Shown here: in pieces, positions 9,236 to 18,100 of the stretch
How positions within the stretch are numbered: position 1 is the first letter of the stretch
Layout: each line of letters starts with the position of its first letter
Source: an uncultured Candidatus Peribacteria bacterium
GTDB lineage: Bacteria > Patescibacteriota > Gracilibacteria > UBA1369
Assembly: GCA_964546505.1 (NCBI GenBank)
Contig: CAZJJZ010000011.1
Span: forward strand, 5,856 to 38,834
Direction: 5' to 3'
DNA length: 32,979 bases
The notes under the pieces: generated by a model
The model's input: only the letters and a program-made list of their open reading frames with translations
What the model was told of the DNA's origin: nothing
Database searches by the model: none
Made by a program: the position numbers and the translations under genes

Positions 9236-10726
9236 ATGACAATCACTTCCAGCTACTTAGATCAATACCAACAAGCCTTGAACGGCCGTTTACCTGTAAC
9301 CGCAGCCATCTCTTTTTATGCGGCACTGGACACGGTTGCTTCTGTATCACCGGAAATTGCTGCGGCCATACTGCAGGAATTAAAGGATCAAAGAAGGCAT
9401 CTTAAATTAATTGCTTCAGAAAACTATTGTTCATTGGCGGTTCAGCAGGCTATGGGTAATTTATTAACCGATAAATATGCCGAAGGAATTCCGGGAAGTC
9501 GCTTTTATGCTGGCTGTGAAAATATCGACCTAATCGAAAGTAAAGCTGCCCAGTTAGCACGCCAACTGTTCCAAGCGGATCATGCTTATGTTCAGCCCCA
9601 CTCAGGTGCGGACGCTAATTTGGTAGCTTTTTTGGCGGTTTTAGCGGCACGTGTGCAACCTCAATTTCTGCAAGAGCTTCACCTCACAGATCTTAAGTCG
9701 CTGTCCGAAGAGCAGTTTCAACAGCTGCGTACCCGCCTGGGTAATCAAAAACTTTTAGCCTTAGATATCGGCTCTGGTGGACACTTAACACATGGTTATC
9801 GACTCAATATTTCTGCGCAATTATTTGTCAGTCATCATTACAATGTCTCAAAATTAAGTGGACTTCTGGACTATGAACAGATACGACAATTGGCTTTGGA
9901 AGTGAAACCACTTATCCTTTTGGCGGGCTATAGTGCGTATCCGCGTAAAATAGATTTTGCCAGAATGCGCGCCATAGCCGACGAAGTTGGTGCTGTATTG
10001 ATGGTTGATATGGCTCATTTTGCCGGACTGGTAGCTGGAAAAGTCTTTACTAATGAATTCAACCCCATTCCTTTTGCCGATATCATTACGTCTACCACTC
10101 ACAAAACCCTCCGCGGCCCGCGTGGAGGTCTCATTCTGTGCCAGAAGTGGCTAGCTGAATATGTGGACAAAGGTTGCCCAATGGTACTAGGCGGGCCGCT
10201 ACCTATGGTGATGGCCGCCAAAGCAATTGCTTTCCAAGAAGCGCTGCGACCACAATTTGCCGACTATGCCGCGCAAGTAGTGAAAAATGCCCAAGCTTTG
10301 GCATCAGAATTACAGAATAGAGGAGTCCGTGTACTTACCGGAGGTACAGACAATCATCTCTTACAAATCAATGTTTTTGAAAGTTTTGGCTTAACGGGTC
10401 GCCAAGCGGAACAAGCCTTGCGAGAATGTGGCTTAACAGTCAATAGAAATGCTCTACCATTTGATAGTAATGGTGTCTGGTACACTTCCGGCTTACGCCT
10501 GGGCACACCGGCCATCACCACACTGGGCATGACTGAGCCACAAATGGCTATCATCGCCGATATATTAGTCAAATCTTTGCAAAACACTAAGCCTCAACTT
10601 GCCGAAGATGGCTCCGCCAGCAAAGCGAAGTACCTATTAGAAGCCAGAATCCGCGACCAGTCCAAAGCACAAGTTGAAGAGTTGCTCAATCAGTTTAAAT
10701 TATACCCGGAACTAATTCTGGAGTAG
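9236..10726 (+). CDS. glyA: serine hydroxymethyltransferase (long form, with internal insertion and terminal extensions)
   Basis: Contains LKLIASENY, VQPHSGADANL, GGHLTHG and the PLP-lysine motif TSTTHKTLRGPRGG. It is 496 aa versus about 415-420 aa for typical bacterial enzymes. Confidence 0.9.
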   Translation: MTITSSYLDQYQQALNGRLPVTAAISFYAALDTVASVSPEIAAAILQELKDQRRHLKLIASENYCSLAVQQAMGNLLTDKYAEGIPGSRFYAGCENIDLIESKAAQLARQLFQADHAYVQPHSGADANLVAFLAVLAARVQPQFLQELHLTDLKSLSEEQFQQLRTRLGNQKLLALDIGSGGHLTHGYRLNISAQLFVSHHYNVSKLSGLLDYEQIRQLALEVKPLILLAGYSAYPRKIDFARMRAIADEVGAVLMVDMAHFAGLVAGKVFTNEFNPIPFADIITSTTHKTLRGPRGGLILCQKWLAEYVDKGCPMVLGGPLPMVMAAKAIAFQEALRPQFADYAAQVVKNAQALASELQNRGVRVLTGGTDNHLLQINVFESFGLTGRQAEQALRECGLTVNRNALPFDSNGVWYTSGLRLGTPAITTLGMTEPQMAIIADILVKSLQNTKPQLAEDGSASKAKYLLEARIRDQSKAQVEELLNQFKLYPELILE

Positions 10727-10751
10727 TGCGAGAAAATAGCTACAGTAAAAC

Positions 10752-10782
10752 AAAAACCTGAGCTAAAAACTCAGGTTTTTTT
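10752..10782 (+). terminator. intrinsic terminator after glyA
   Basis: AAAAACCTGAG / CTCAGGTTTTT stem with a 7-nt loop, running into a T-tract. It starts 26 nt after the glyA stop. Confidence 0.7.
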
Positions 10783-10950
10783 ATTTATCGTCCAGACTAG
10801 AATATATTGCCATGTAATAAATTGACAAAAAGTCAAATTAATGGTAAAGATAATAAAGATGAATTGAGGAAACTCAGTTACGTCAGCCGTAATCGGCTTA
10901 ATTGTTCTTTAAAACCTTGGCTTAAGAAGTCTATGAAAGGAAGAAAACAA

Positions 10951-11529
10951 ATGGCACGCAAGAACACCGCCGTGGTCGCCGACGCCCGAGACACCATTCC
11001 CACGCCCAGCCTTCGTCCCCAGTCGGGCATTTGGCAGCGCAAACAGCAGGCGATCGAGACTTACATCGACGCACTGCTGCAGAACCACGCTTTCGTGGTT
11101 CGCGGCTCGCCTGAATGGCTCGCCGAGCAGTTCGAGCAGTATCTGCTCCAGAGCCGTCACCAGCCCGACTGGGTGCTGAAGCTCAACCGGGCACTGGACG
11201 CGCTTTCTGAGCGCCTCCACGAGCGCAGCGCAGTCCGGCTGGAAAGGGCCCTCGTCATGGGGCTCGCCCTGTTCTGCCAGAAGTACGGCCGCATCTGGCC
11301 GGAAGTTGTGCAGCAGTTGCTCTTCGGCATCGGGCCGGAGAGGTTGATGCTCCTCGATAGCTTCAATCTCTTGGACACCATCAACGTCAGCTTGATGGAA
11401 CCGAGAGTGCCGCACTTCGAGGAACAGAACCAGGGCAACGAAGACGCACTGCAGCAACTGTTGCAGAACTACCAACTGTACCCTACGGTACCGGAGCACT
11501 TGCGCGACAACCCTTTCCTCAGGGGCTAG
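10951..11529 (+). CDS. hypothetical protein (192 aa) in GC-rich island
   Basis: An SD-like AAGGAAG ends 7 nt before ATG 10951 (alternative in-frame ATG at 10933). GC3 is high and the amino-acid composition is more natural than that of the antisense ORF. Hairpins follow. No motif recognised. Confidence 0.5.
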   Translation: MARKNTAVVADARDTIPTPSLRPQSGIWQRKQQAIETYIDALLQNHAFVVRGSPEWLAEQFEQYLLQSRHQPDWVLKLNRALDALSERLHERSAVRLERALVMGLALFCQKYGRIWPEVVQQLLFGIGPERLMLLDSFNLLDTINVSLMEPRVPHFEEQNQGNEDALQQLLQNYQLYPTVPEHLRDNPFLRG

Positions 11530-11545
11530 CATGTCCAGCCCCAAC

Positions 11546-11572
11546 GCGGCGGCCGCTTTCGGCGGCCGCCAA
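11546..11572 (+). terminator. GC-rich self-complementary hairpin after the island ORF
   Basis: GGCGGCCGC (11548-11556) pairs with GCGGCCGCC (11562-11570). A weaker AGCCCC...GGGGCT stem followed by TTTT lies at 11586-11618. Confidence 0.4.
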
Positions 11573-11651
11573 AAGCCAAGGAAATAGCCCCAGTGCCTAA
11601 CCCGCATCGGGGCTTTTCCCTTTACAATCAGTCCCCCACGCCCCTCCACCG

Positions 11652-12164
11652 CTACAATCTCTGCTCATGCTGATCAACCTTCTTGGCCATTTTTCCGATC
11701 ACTACCTTTTCCACCCGATCCACAAACAAAACTCCATCCAAATGGTCTATTTCATGCTGCACCACACGTGCGTTGAAGCCGCTCAATTTCAACATTTTTT
11801 CTTTACCGTTCAAATCCCAAAATTTTACCACCACCTCCCTACTGCGCCACACTTGATCAAACTGTTTTGGTACACTCAAACAGCCTTCTTCGTCCAATTC
11901 CTCCTCGCGAGATTTATAAATAATTTCTGGATTAATCAAAGCTACAATCTGCTCTTGTGCTGTGTTTAAATTAAAAGTCACCAATACCACTCTCACATTA
12001 CTACCAACTTGCGGAGCCGCTATACCAACGCCATTTTCTGCTTTCATGGTTTCTTCCATATCTTTAATCAACTTCAAGGTTTCTTTGCCAACCTTTTTCA
12101 CTGGCAAAGATTTTTGTCTGAGTATTAGATTGTCTGTACCCGTTTGTATAGTTAACTTGGACAT
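11652..12164 (-). CDS. def: peptide deformylase
   Basis: All three signature motifs are present: GIAAPQVG, EGCLSVP and HEIDHLDG. A strong SD (CAGGAGAG) precedes the ATG. Confidence 0.9.
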   Translation of the reverse strand: MSKLTIQTGTDNLILRQKSLPVKKVGKETLKLIKDMEETMKAENGVGIAAPQVGSNVRVVLVTFNLNTAQEQIVALINPEIIYKSREEELDEEGCLSVPKQFDQVWRSREVVVKFWDLNGKEKMLKLSGFNARVVQHEIDHLDGVLFVDRVEKVVIGKMAKKVDQHEQRL

Positions 12165-12271
12165 TGCGTTCTCTCCTGTAAAATTTGTAGAAAGTTTATT
12201 ATAAACCCTGAGAATAAAAAAGTAAAATCTTCAACAATTGGTGAAAAGAGTATTTTAGATTTATTAACTAT

Positions 12272-12320
12272 AAAAAAGAAATCCCCCGCAGCGCACTGTT
12301 CGCACAGTAACCACAGGGGA
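12272..12320 (-). terminator. putative intrinsic terminator ending the GC-rich minus-strand cassette
   Basis: The minus strand reads TCCCCTG...CGGGGGA followed by TTTCTTTTTT. It starts about 70 nt downstream of the small ORF stop. Confidence 0.4.
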
Positions 12321-12388
12321 ATTTCCGGCCGGTAGGCTCTTGGAAAAACAGGAAGTTGAAGGAAGTTAAGGAAGACGATGTTGCCGCT

Positions 12389-12535
12389 TCAGTCCTGCTT
12401 GAACAGGCCGCGACGGAGACGGTTGTAGGTGTTGGCCAGCATGGTCACCAGCGTGGAGAAGAGCGCTCCCATCAGGAAGAGCCTCCACCACCCGACCTCT
12501 TTGCCAATCACCTGCAGATTGAGTTCACGCTTCAT
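12389..12535 (-). CDS. small hydrophobic protein (48 aa), not in the supplied ORF track
   Basis: Hand translation gives MKRELNLQVIGKEVGWWRLFLMGALFSTLVTMLANTYNRLRRGLFKQD. There is one predicted TM helix, an AAAGG SD-like element about 9 nt upstream, and GC-rich codons matching the upstream 182-aa gene. Confidence 0.3.
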   Translation of the reverse strand: MKRELNLQVIGKEVGWWRLFLMGALFSTLVTMLANTYNRLRRGLFKQD

Positions 12536-12596
12536 GATTCAGGACCTTTCTTCTGGCATCGAGTGTAATCACCCGATTGTTGTACTGGTTTTTCAA

Positions 12597-12661
12597 CGTT
12601 TGCTGCCGATGCAAACGCCGAACTGAAAGCAGTTCAGTATTTGATCAGCTTTCAGTTCGGC
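12597..12661 (-). promoter_or_regulatory. two adjacent perfect stem-loops between the 182-aa and 48-aa ORFs
   Basis: A 14-bp stem pairs 12617-12630 with 12648-12661 (GCCGAACTGAAAGC / GCTTTCAGTTCGGC) across a 17-nt loop and overlaps the stop codon of the 182-aa ORF. A 7-bp stem pairs 12597-12603 with 12611-12617 (CGTTTGC / GCAAACG). Confidence 0.5.
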
Positions 12662-13200
12662 TGCTGATCATCTACCGTTTTTGCCGATTGCTTAGGCTTT
12701 TCGAGACAGTCGGATGGCTCCTCCTGGGCTCGCAGCTCCTTGCGCACTGGCATTTTTGGTTCGAGGGCTTTCTTGCTTTGATCAATTTGTCCCAGGTAAT
12801 AACCTCTCAGCTCCATACAGTAGTGGAGCAGTTCGTTGTTGTACTCGAGCGCTGCTTTCAGCTGAGCACGCTGCATAGGCAGCGTGGCCAGAAGATTTTT
12901 GTTGAAGGTGACCACATTCTGATTGATTTGACTCACCTTTTTCTCGAAGTGAGTGAACCATTCATTGTGGTTTTCCAGGTGTTTTTCCTGATAGGAGTGA
13001 TCCTTGGCGAGGCTATTCACCAGCTGCTTGACTTGCTGCTGGAACTGCTGATTTTCCGTCAGCAGGCGCTGCGCTTTGCGCAGCGCCGCTCCCTGTCGCC
13101 ACCATGACCAGACCATCAACACCCCGATCAAGGTCTGCCAGTGGTGACTGACCAACCGCCAGATCGCTTCGACGACATACCAGGTCATCCAAATTTCCAT
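12652..13200 (-). CDS. hypothetical membrane-anchored coiled-coil protein (182 aa) in GC-rich island
   Basis: SD GAGAGG lies 6 nt before the ATG. The N-terminus is Trp-rich and hydrophobic (7 Trp in the first 35 aa), followed by heptad-like Q/E/K-rich sequence. The plus-strand overlapping ORFs look like antisense artefacts. Confidence 0.55.
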   Translation of the reverse strand: MEIWMTWYVVEAIWRLVSHHWQTLIGVLMVWSWWRQGAALRKAQRLLTENQQFQQQVKQLVNSLAKDHSYQEKHLENHNEWFTHFEKKVSQINQNVVTFNKNLLATLPMQRAQLKAALEYNNELLHYCMELRGYYLGQIDQSKKALEPKMPVRKELRAQEEPSDCLEKPKQSAKTVDDQQPN

Positions 13201-13330
13201 TCTTTACCTCTCTGTTTTTCAATGAGCACGTTTACACTTTAGAAAGAGGCTATTAAAACCTTTTAAAAATTTTCTAACTTTTTTCTGAAAAAAACTTATC
13301 CCAAACTTAAATAAAAAATAAAAATCGAAT

Positions 13331-13359
13331 TTGACAACTATGAGATAGTGGCATATATT
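13331..13359 (+). promoter_or_regulatory. sigma70-like promoter of the MFP-RND operon
   Basis: TTGACA (13331-13336) - 17 nt - TATATT (13354-13359), 21 nt upstream of ATG 13381. Confidence 0.5.
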
Positions 13360-13380
13360 CACATCTTCTAATTTATTAAT

Positions 13381-15183
13381 ATGAAAGCTGTTAAAGTAAT
13401 TATCTGGGTTTTGGTATTAGCAATTTTAAGCTGGTTAGGCATCTGGTTTTACAATAATTATACTACCAATCAAAATGCGAATCTCACGAGCAATGCTGCT
13501 AATTCCGCTGATCAGGGAAATGCGCCAGTTTCCACATCAACAGCCACAGAAACCGGCTCAGCAGCAGTAACTGCCACCACTGACACCAATGTCACTTCGG
13601 ATAAACCTCAAGTAAGAACCATTCAGACGGCAACGGGTAGTCAAATTACACTCAATTTTTTAGGTACGGTTAAATCACTTTCTCAAGTTGAAATTTATCC
13701 CCAAACCGCTGCTGAGTTGAAACAAGTCTTCATCGCGCCAGGTTCCTTGGTCCAAAAAGGAGATGTGATAGCTGAACTAGGTGGTACCAATGGTCAGCCC
13801 CATCAGGCAGAAAAGCAGTATCAAATTGCTTTAACTAATTTTAATTCCGCTCAAAAAGCTCTCCAAACCACCAAAAAGCAAGTTGCTGTGGGGAAAAATT
13901 CAGCTGAATTGCAATTACAATCTGCCCAAAACCAATTTCAGGCAATCAGTACTGATTTAGCACAAATCGACAACAATTATCAAAATTTACAAAATTCTCT
14001 ACGCACTCTCGGTTCAACCTGGAATACCACACAGCGCAAAAATCAACGAGATCTCAGCAAAGCGCAGTCAGATATCGATACTTTAATCTTTCAAATTAAT
14101 GCTTTGCAGGATGAAAAACGTCGCCTAGTGGAGCAGGAACAAGATTTAGTAGATCAACAAAATTATCAGTCCGCCGGATCAGCTACTCCAACGCCAGAAT
14201 CAGCCACACCTGATTCCGCCGCAGTACCAAGCAATGCAAACGGCAATGACTCATTGACAGCCTTAAAAACTCAACAAAACGCTTTAAATGAAACTTTGGA
14301 GCAACTTTATTCCAGCTTAAATAGCGCTCAATATGGTTATTCTTCAGCCCTCTCCGGTATCGATCTTGGAAACAATCAGCTCAGCAGTCAAACAGACCAA
14401 TTGCAAACTCAAGCCGAAAATTTACAATTAAGCAGGCAATCCACTATCACCAAACTAGGCTATAACGGTGAAACCGCTGACAGCTTGGAATTAGCCAAGC
14501 AAAGCTATCAGAACACTCTACTCACTTTGGAAAACAGCTTGAACCAAGTAACTACACAAGCCAGTTTGTCCAAAACTAATTTGGAATTGGCTCAAATCGG
14601 TTTGAATAACCTCAAAATTTTTGCTCCAGCCAGCGGTATATTGGGGGAAATCAACGCAAATCCTGGCGATTTGGTCAGTCCTCAAACGCTTTTCAGTAAT
14701 ATTATCCAAAATGATCGTAATGAATTGGAAATTGCAGTTAACCTGGACACGGCTGATCGGCTTGTAGTCGGTACTCCCGCGAAAATCAGTTTTGCAAACC
14801 GTGAGATTGATAGTCGTGTAGTTCGCATCTCTCCATTGGCAGATAGTAAAACCAGATTGGTAGCTGTTTACTTGGCCCTCCCCAATATTCCCTTTCGTCC
14901 AAATCAAACACTCGATGCCCAGCTAATACTCCCTAACACTCAAACATCTGCCCAGAGCGACTCTCCAGCTTTATTTTTACCTCTCGATGCAGTTTTGATA
15001 GGTACGCAAGAAAGCTTTGTCTTCGTAGTGGAAGAGGGTCGGGCGGTCAAAAAGAATGTGGTATTGGGTGAAATCAATGGTGATGTGGTCGAGGTGCTTT
15101 CTGGACTTTCAGTTACAGATCAGGTCGTTGTGGACGGCGCCAAAGATTTAATCGAAGGTCAGTCAGTTGAAGTGGTAGAATAA
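13381..15183 (+). CDS. efflux RND periplasmic adaptor / membrane fusion protein (HlyD family) with very long helical hairpin
   Basis: An N-terminal TM anchor is followed by split lipoyl-like halves (FIAPGSLVQKGDVIAELGG ... IFAPASGILGEINANPGDLV) and C-terminal beta-barrel-like sequence. It lies 9 nt upstream of the RND gene. Confidence 0.8.
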   Translation: MKAVKVIIWVLVLAILSWLGIWFYNNYTTNQNANLTSNAANSADQGNAPVSTSTATETGSAAVTATTDTNVTSDKPQVRTIQTATGSQITLNFLGTVKSLSQVEIYPQTAAELKQVFIAPGSLVQKGDVIAELGGTNGQPHQAEKQYQIALTNFNSAQKALQTTKKQVAVGKNSAELQLQSAQNQFQAISTDLAQIDNNYQNLQNSLRTLGSTWNTTQRKNQRDLSKAQSDIDTLIFQINALQDEKRRLVEQEQDLVDQQNYQSAGSATPTPESATPDSAAVPSNANGNDSLTALKTQQNALNETLEQLYSSLNSAQYGYSSALSGIDLGNNQLSSQTDQLQTQAENLQLSRQSTITKLGYNGETADSLELAKQSYQNTLLTLENSLNQVTTQASLSKTNLELAQIGLNNLKIFAPASGILGEINANPGDLVSPQTLFSNIIQNDRNELEIAVNLDTADRLVVGTPAKISFANREIDSRVVRISPLADSKTRLVAVYLALPNIPFRPNQTLDAQLILPNTQTSAQSDSPALFLPLDAVLIGTQESFVFVVEEGRAVKKNVVLGEINGDVVEVLSGLSVTDQVVVDGAKDLIEGQSVEVVE

Positions 15184-15192
15184 TTTAAATTT

Positions 15193-18100
15193 ATGAATTC
15201 AAAGCAATCGCAAGAACATACCGATTCCGATTCCTTATACCTTTCTCAGCTGGAATACACCCCAGAGATAGGTAAAAGCTTTTTGAGCTTTTTTGTACAC
15301 AACTTTCGTGTAGTCATTTTGATTATGATCTCCATCATGATTTGGGGAGTTGTGGCATTTAATCTACTGCCACTGGAATCTTCTCCGGAAGTCAAAATAC
15401 CTTTTGGCACAGTTTCTGTTACTTTGGCCGGTGCCTCACCTTCTGACATCGAAGAATTAGTCATCGATAAATTGGAAGACAATATCGTTAATCTCTCTGG
15501 AGTCAAACAAGTAACCTCCACCGCCCTCAATTCAGTGGCAATTATTTCAGTCGAGTTCAGAGCCGAGGAAGACCTCAAAGATGCCATCAGACGACTCCGA
15601 GACGAAGTAGAGAACGCTAAGGCTGAATTACCTGCGGACGCCACAGATCCTAGAGTCAGTGAAGTTTCTTTTTCTGATACACCAGTTTGGACATTTGTCA
15701 TTACAGGACCATATGACAATTTTACTTTGCGCAAATACGCAGAGGATATCGAAGCGGAACTCAAAAAAATCAGTGGTACCAATCGAGTAGACATCAGCGG
15801 TGGTGATGAAACCGAAATCAGCATTTCCTTTGCGCCACAAAAACTACAGCAATATGGCTTGAGTATGGATCAGGTTATCAATGTGATTAAAGCCAATAAC
15901 CTGACTTTGCCATTAGGTACGATTGAGTTATCTAAATTTGAATATGGGCTGAGAGTGGATGGTAAAATAACGACAGCCCAGCAATTACGACAATTGGCTG
16001 TTTCTGGCAGTAATGGACAGGTTGTGCGTTTACAGGACATAGCCACAGTTGTAGAGAAAGCCATCAATCGCAAAGTAACTAATGCTTTTTCCTTTGAGGG
16101 AGCAAATCCTCAAAATGCTGTAACCATCAATGTGGTGAAAAAGACGGGTGCATCGATCATTGCTCTGATCGACCAGGGTAAAGCCGCGCTGGAAAAACTG
16201 CAGCAAGAACGTTTTCCGGCAGATTTGAAAATCGAGACCACCTTGGATTTTTCCAAGCAGATTCGTGACGATTTTACTCGCTTGGAACATGATGGTTTGT
16301 TGACAATTCTCCTGGTGGTAACCATCCTTTTCCTGTTTGTTGGACTGAAAGAAGCTTTTACTGCTGCACTCTCCATTCCTTTGGTATTTGCCGCTACTTT
16401 TGGTTTGATGCAATTGGCTGGTGTGACCATCAATTTTCTCTCTTTGTTCTCACTTATTCTAGCTTTGGGTATTTTGGTTGATGATGCCATAGTAGTAGTC
16501 CAAGCTACCAAGCAATATCTCAAAACCGGAAAATTCACCCCAGAACAAGCTGTCCTACTGGTATTTAACGATTTCAAAGCGGTCATCGTCACCACTTCAC
16601 TCACCACTATTTTCGCCTTTTTCCCCTTAGTTCTGTCCACAGGTATTATTGGTGAATATATCCGTTCCATTCCGATTACAGTTTCACTCTGTCTAGTCGC
16701 CTCCACCTTAATAGCCATCACCATCAATCACCCCATCGCCGCCCCGCTAGAACGCTTCCGCTTAACCAAAGGCTATTTTTGGCTAATGATATTGGTTTTG
16801 GCTGTAATCGTGGCTGCTACTGTCATCGGGGCGGCCGCGGCAATCTCCGCAGTCGATACCTTCGGCATCATCTTTAATTTATTAATCGCCCTAGGCGCGC
16901 TCGCCTCCCTCGGCTATTTCTTGATCACTTACCGCAGTCGCTGGAAAAAGGTTTTGGCAAATAATGCCGAACTAAAAATTCAAGAAGAAGCCGATCCGGC
17001 AAAAATAATCACCAAAATCCGCGCTGATCACCCAGCTGATCCATCCCAACTGACTCCTTTCCAACGCTACACCAATGGACTGATCAAAATGGAAAAACTC
17101 TTTCCTGGGTATGAGCGTTTGCTGAATTTCTTTATCAATAGTAAATTACGCAGCTTTGTCTTTTTGGGTGTTATTTTTCTGGTTTTTCTGGGGTCCATTG
17201 CCATGCCTGTCACAGGTTTGCTTAAATCGGAATTTTTACCCCCTGCGGATAGTGAAATTCTCTATGTGAACATCGAGGGAGCTCCTGGATTGATCCAAAA
17301 AGAAACTCAGAAAGTGGTCGATCAAGTTGAGTCCTTGCTGTTACAAGAAAAAAATATCAAAAGTTTCGCTGTGGTTACCGGCTCTTCTGGTGTGAATACT
17401 TCTGGAGGATTTTCTTCAGCGTCCCAAAGTAATGGCAATCGAGCCCAATTTGCGATCAATTTATATCCAGAAGAAGAGCGACCTGAAAAAATCAAGTCCT
17501 ACAATTACGCACCCATTCTTCGTCAGAAATTGGCAACAATCAAAGGAGCAACCATTGAATTAGTGGAACAGTCAGGTGGTCCGCCTTCAGGTGCTGATTT
17601 TGAAGCGCGTTTTTTGGGCGATGATTTGGAGAAACTGGAAGCTTTAGCTAATCAGTACAAAGAAATATTGGCCGCAATTCCCGGAACAGTAAACGAAAAA
17701 ACTTCTCTCACGCTTTCTCCTGGTGAATTTACCTTTAAACTCAATCAGGATAAATTGCAATTGTATGGTTTGAATGCAGCTCAAGTTGGTTCCACTTTAC
17801 GTACGGCGGTAAGTGGTACGGAAATTACCAAATTGTTGAATAATGGTGATGAGTTAGAGGTAAAGGCCGAATTCGATCCGGACAGTATTCAGGACATCAA
17901 TGCTTTACATAACTTGGTGTTGATCAACAACCGTGGTGAATCAGTTCAACTTTCAGAAATTGCTGACTTGGAAATTGGCTCTTCCCTAACCTCCATCCGT
18001 CGTTTAAACCAAAAGCGTGTCATCACCCTTTCAGCCGGTGTAGAGGCCCCATATTTACCAAATGAAGTATTAACTCAATTTCAAGCGGAATTAGCGCAAA

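Noticed and set aside
11449-11490. The island-2 protein C-terminus LLQNYQLYP resembles the SHMT C-terminus LLNQFKLYP encoded just upstream
   Set aside because: The similarity covers about 10 residues only and nothing else aligns. It is most likely coincidence and is not evidence of a glyA-derived duplication.
10909-11649. 246-aa minus-strand ORF covering the whole GC-rich island opposite the 192-aa plus-strand ORF
   Set aside because: High-GC DNA yields long stop-free antisense frames. Its composition is Leu/Arg/Val/Gln-heavy and antisense-like, and it has no SD. The plus-strand ORF has an SD, GC3 bias and downstream hairpins.
12356-13107. Plus-strand ORFs 12356..12568, 12429..12626 and 12577..13107, plus minus-strand 13013..13222, in the second GC-rich island
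   Set aside because: They overlap the better-supported minus-strand 182-aa and 48-aa ORFs, which have SD sites and plausible TM and coiled-coil composition. They look like antisense or out-of-frame artefacts of GC-rich sequence.
10933-13225. GC-rich ORF-plus-hairpin units as integron gene cassettes
   Set aside because: There is no integrase, no attI and no cassette array. The units are scattered, on different strands, and carry their own SD sites. The hairpins lack recognisable attC core sites (GTTRRRY) by eye.
15246-16727. Long minus-strand ORFs (15246..15824, 16030..16413, 16110..16727) and 18432..18704
   Set aside because: They are antisense to the well-supported RND permease gene and have Ser/Thr/Leu-rich antisense-type composition.
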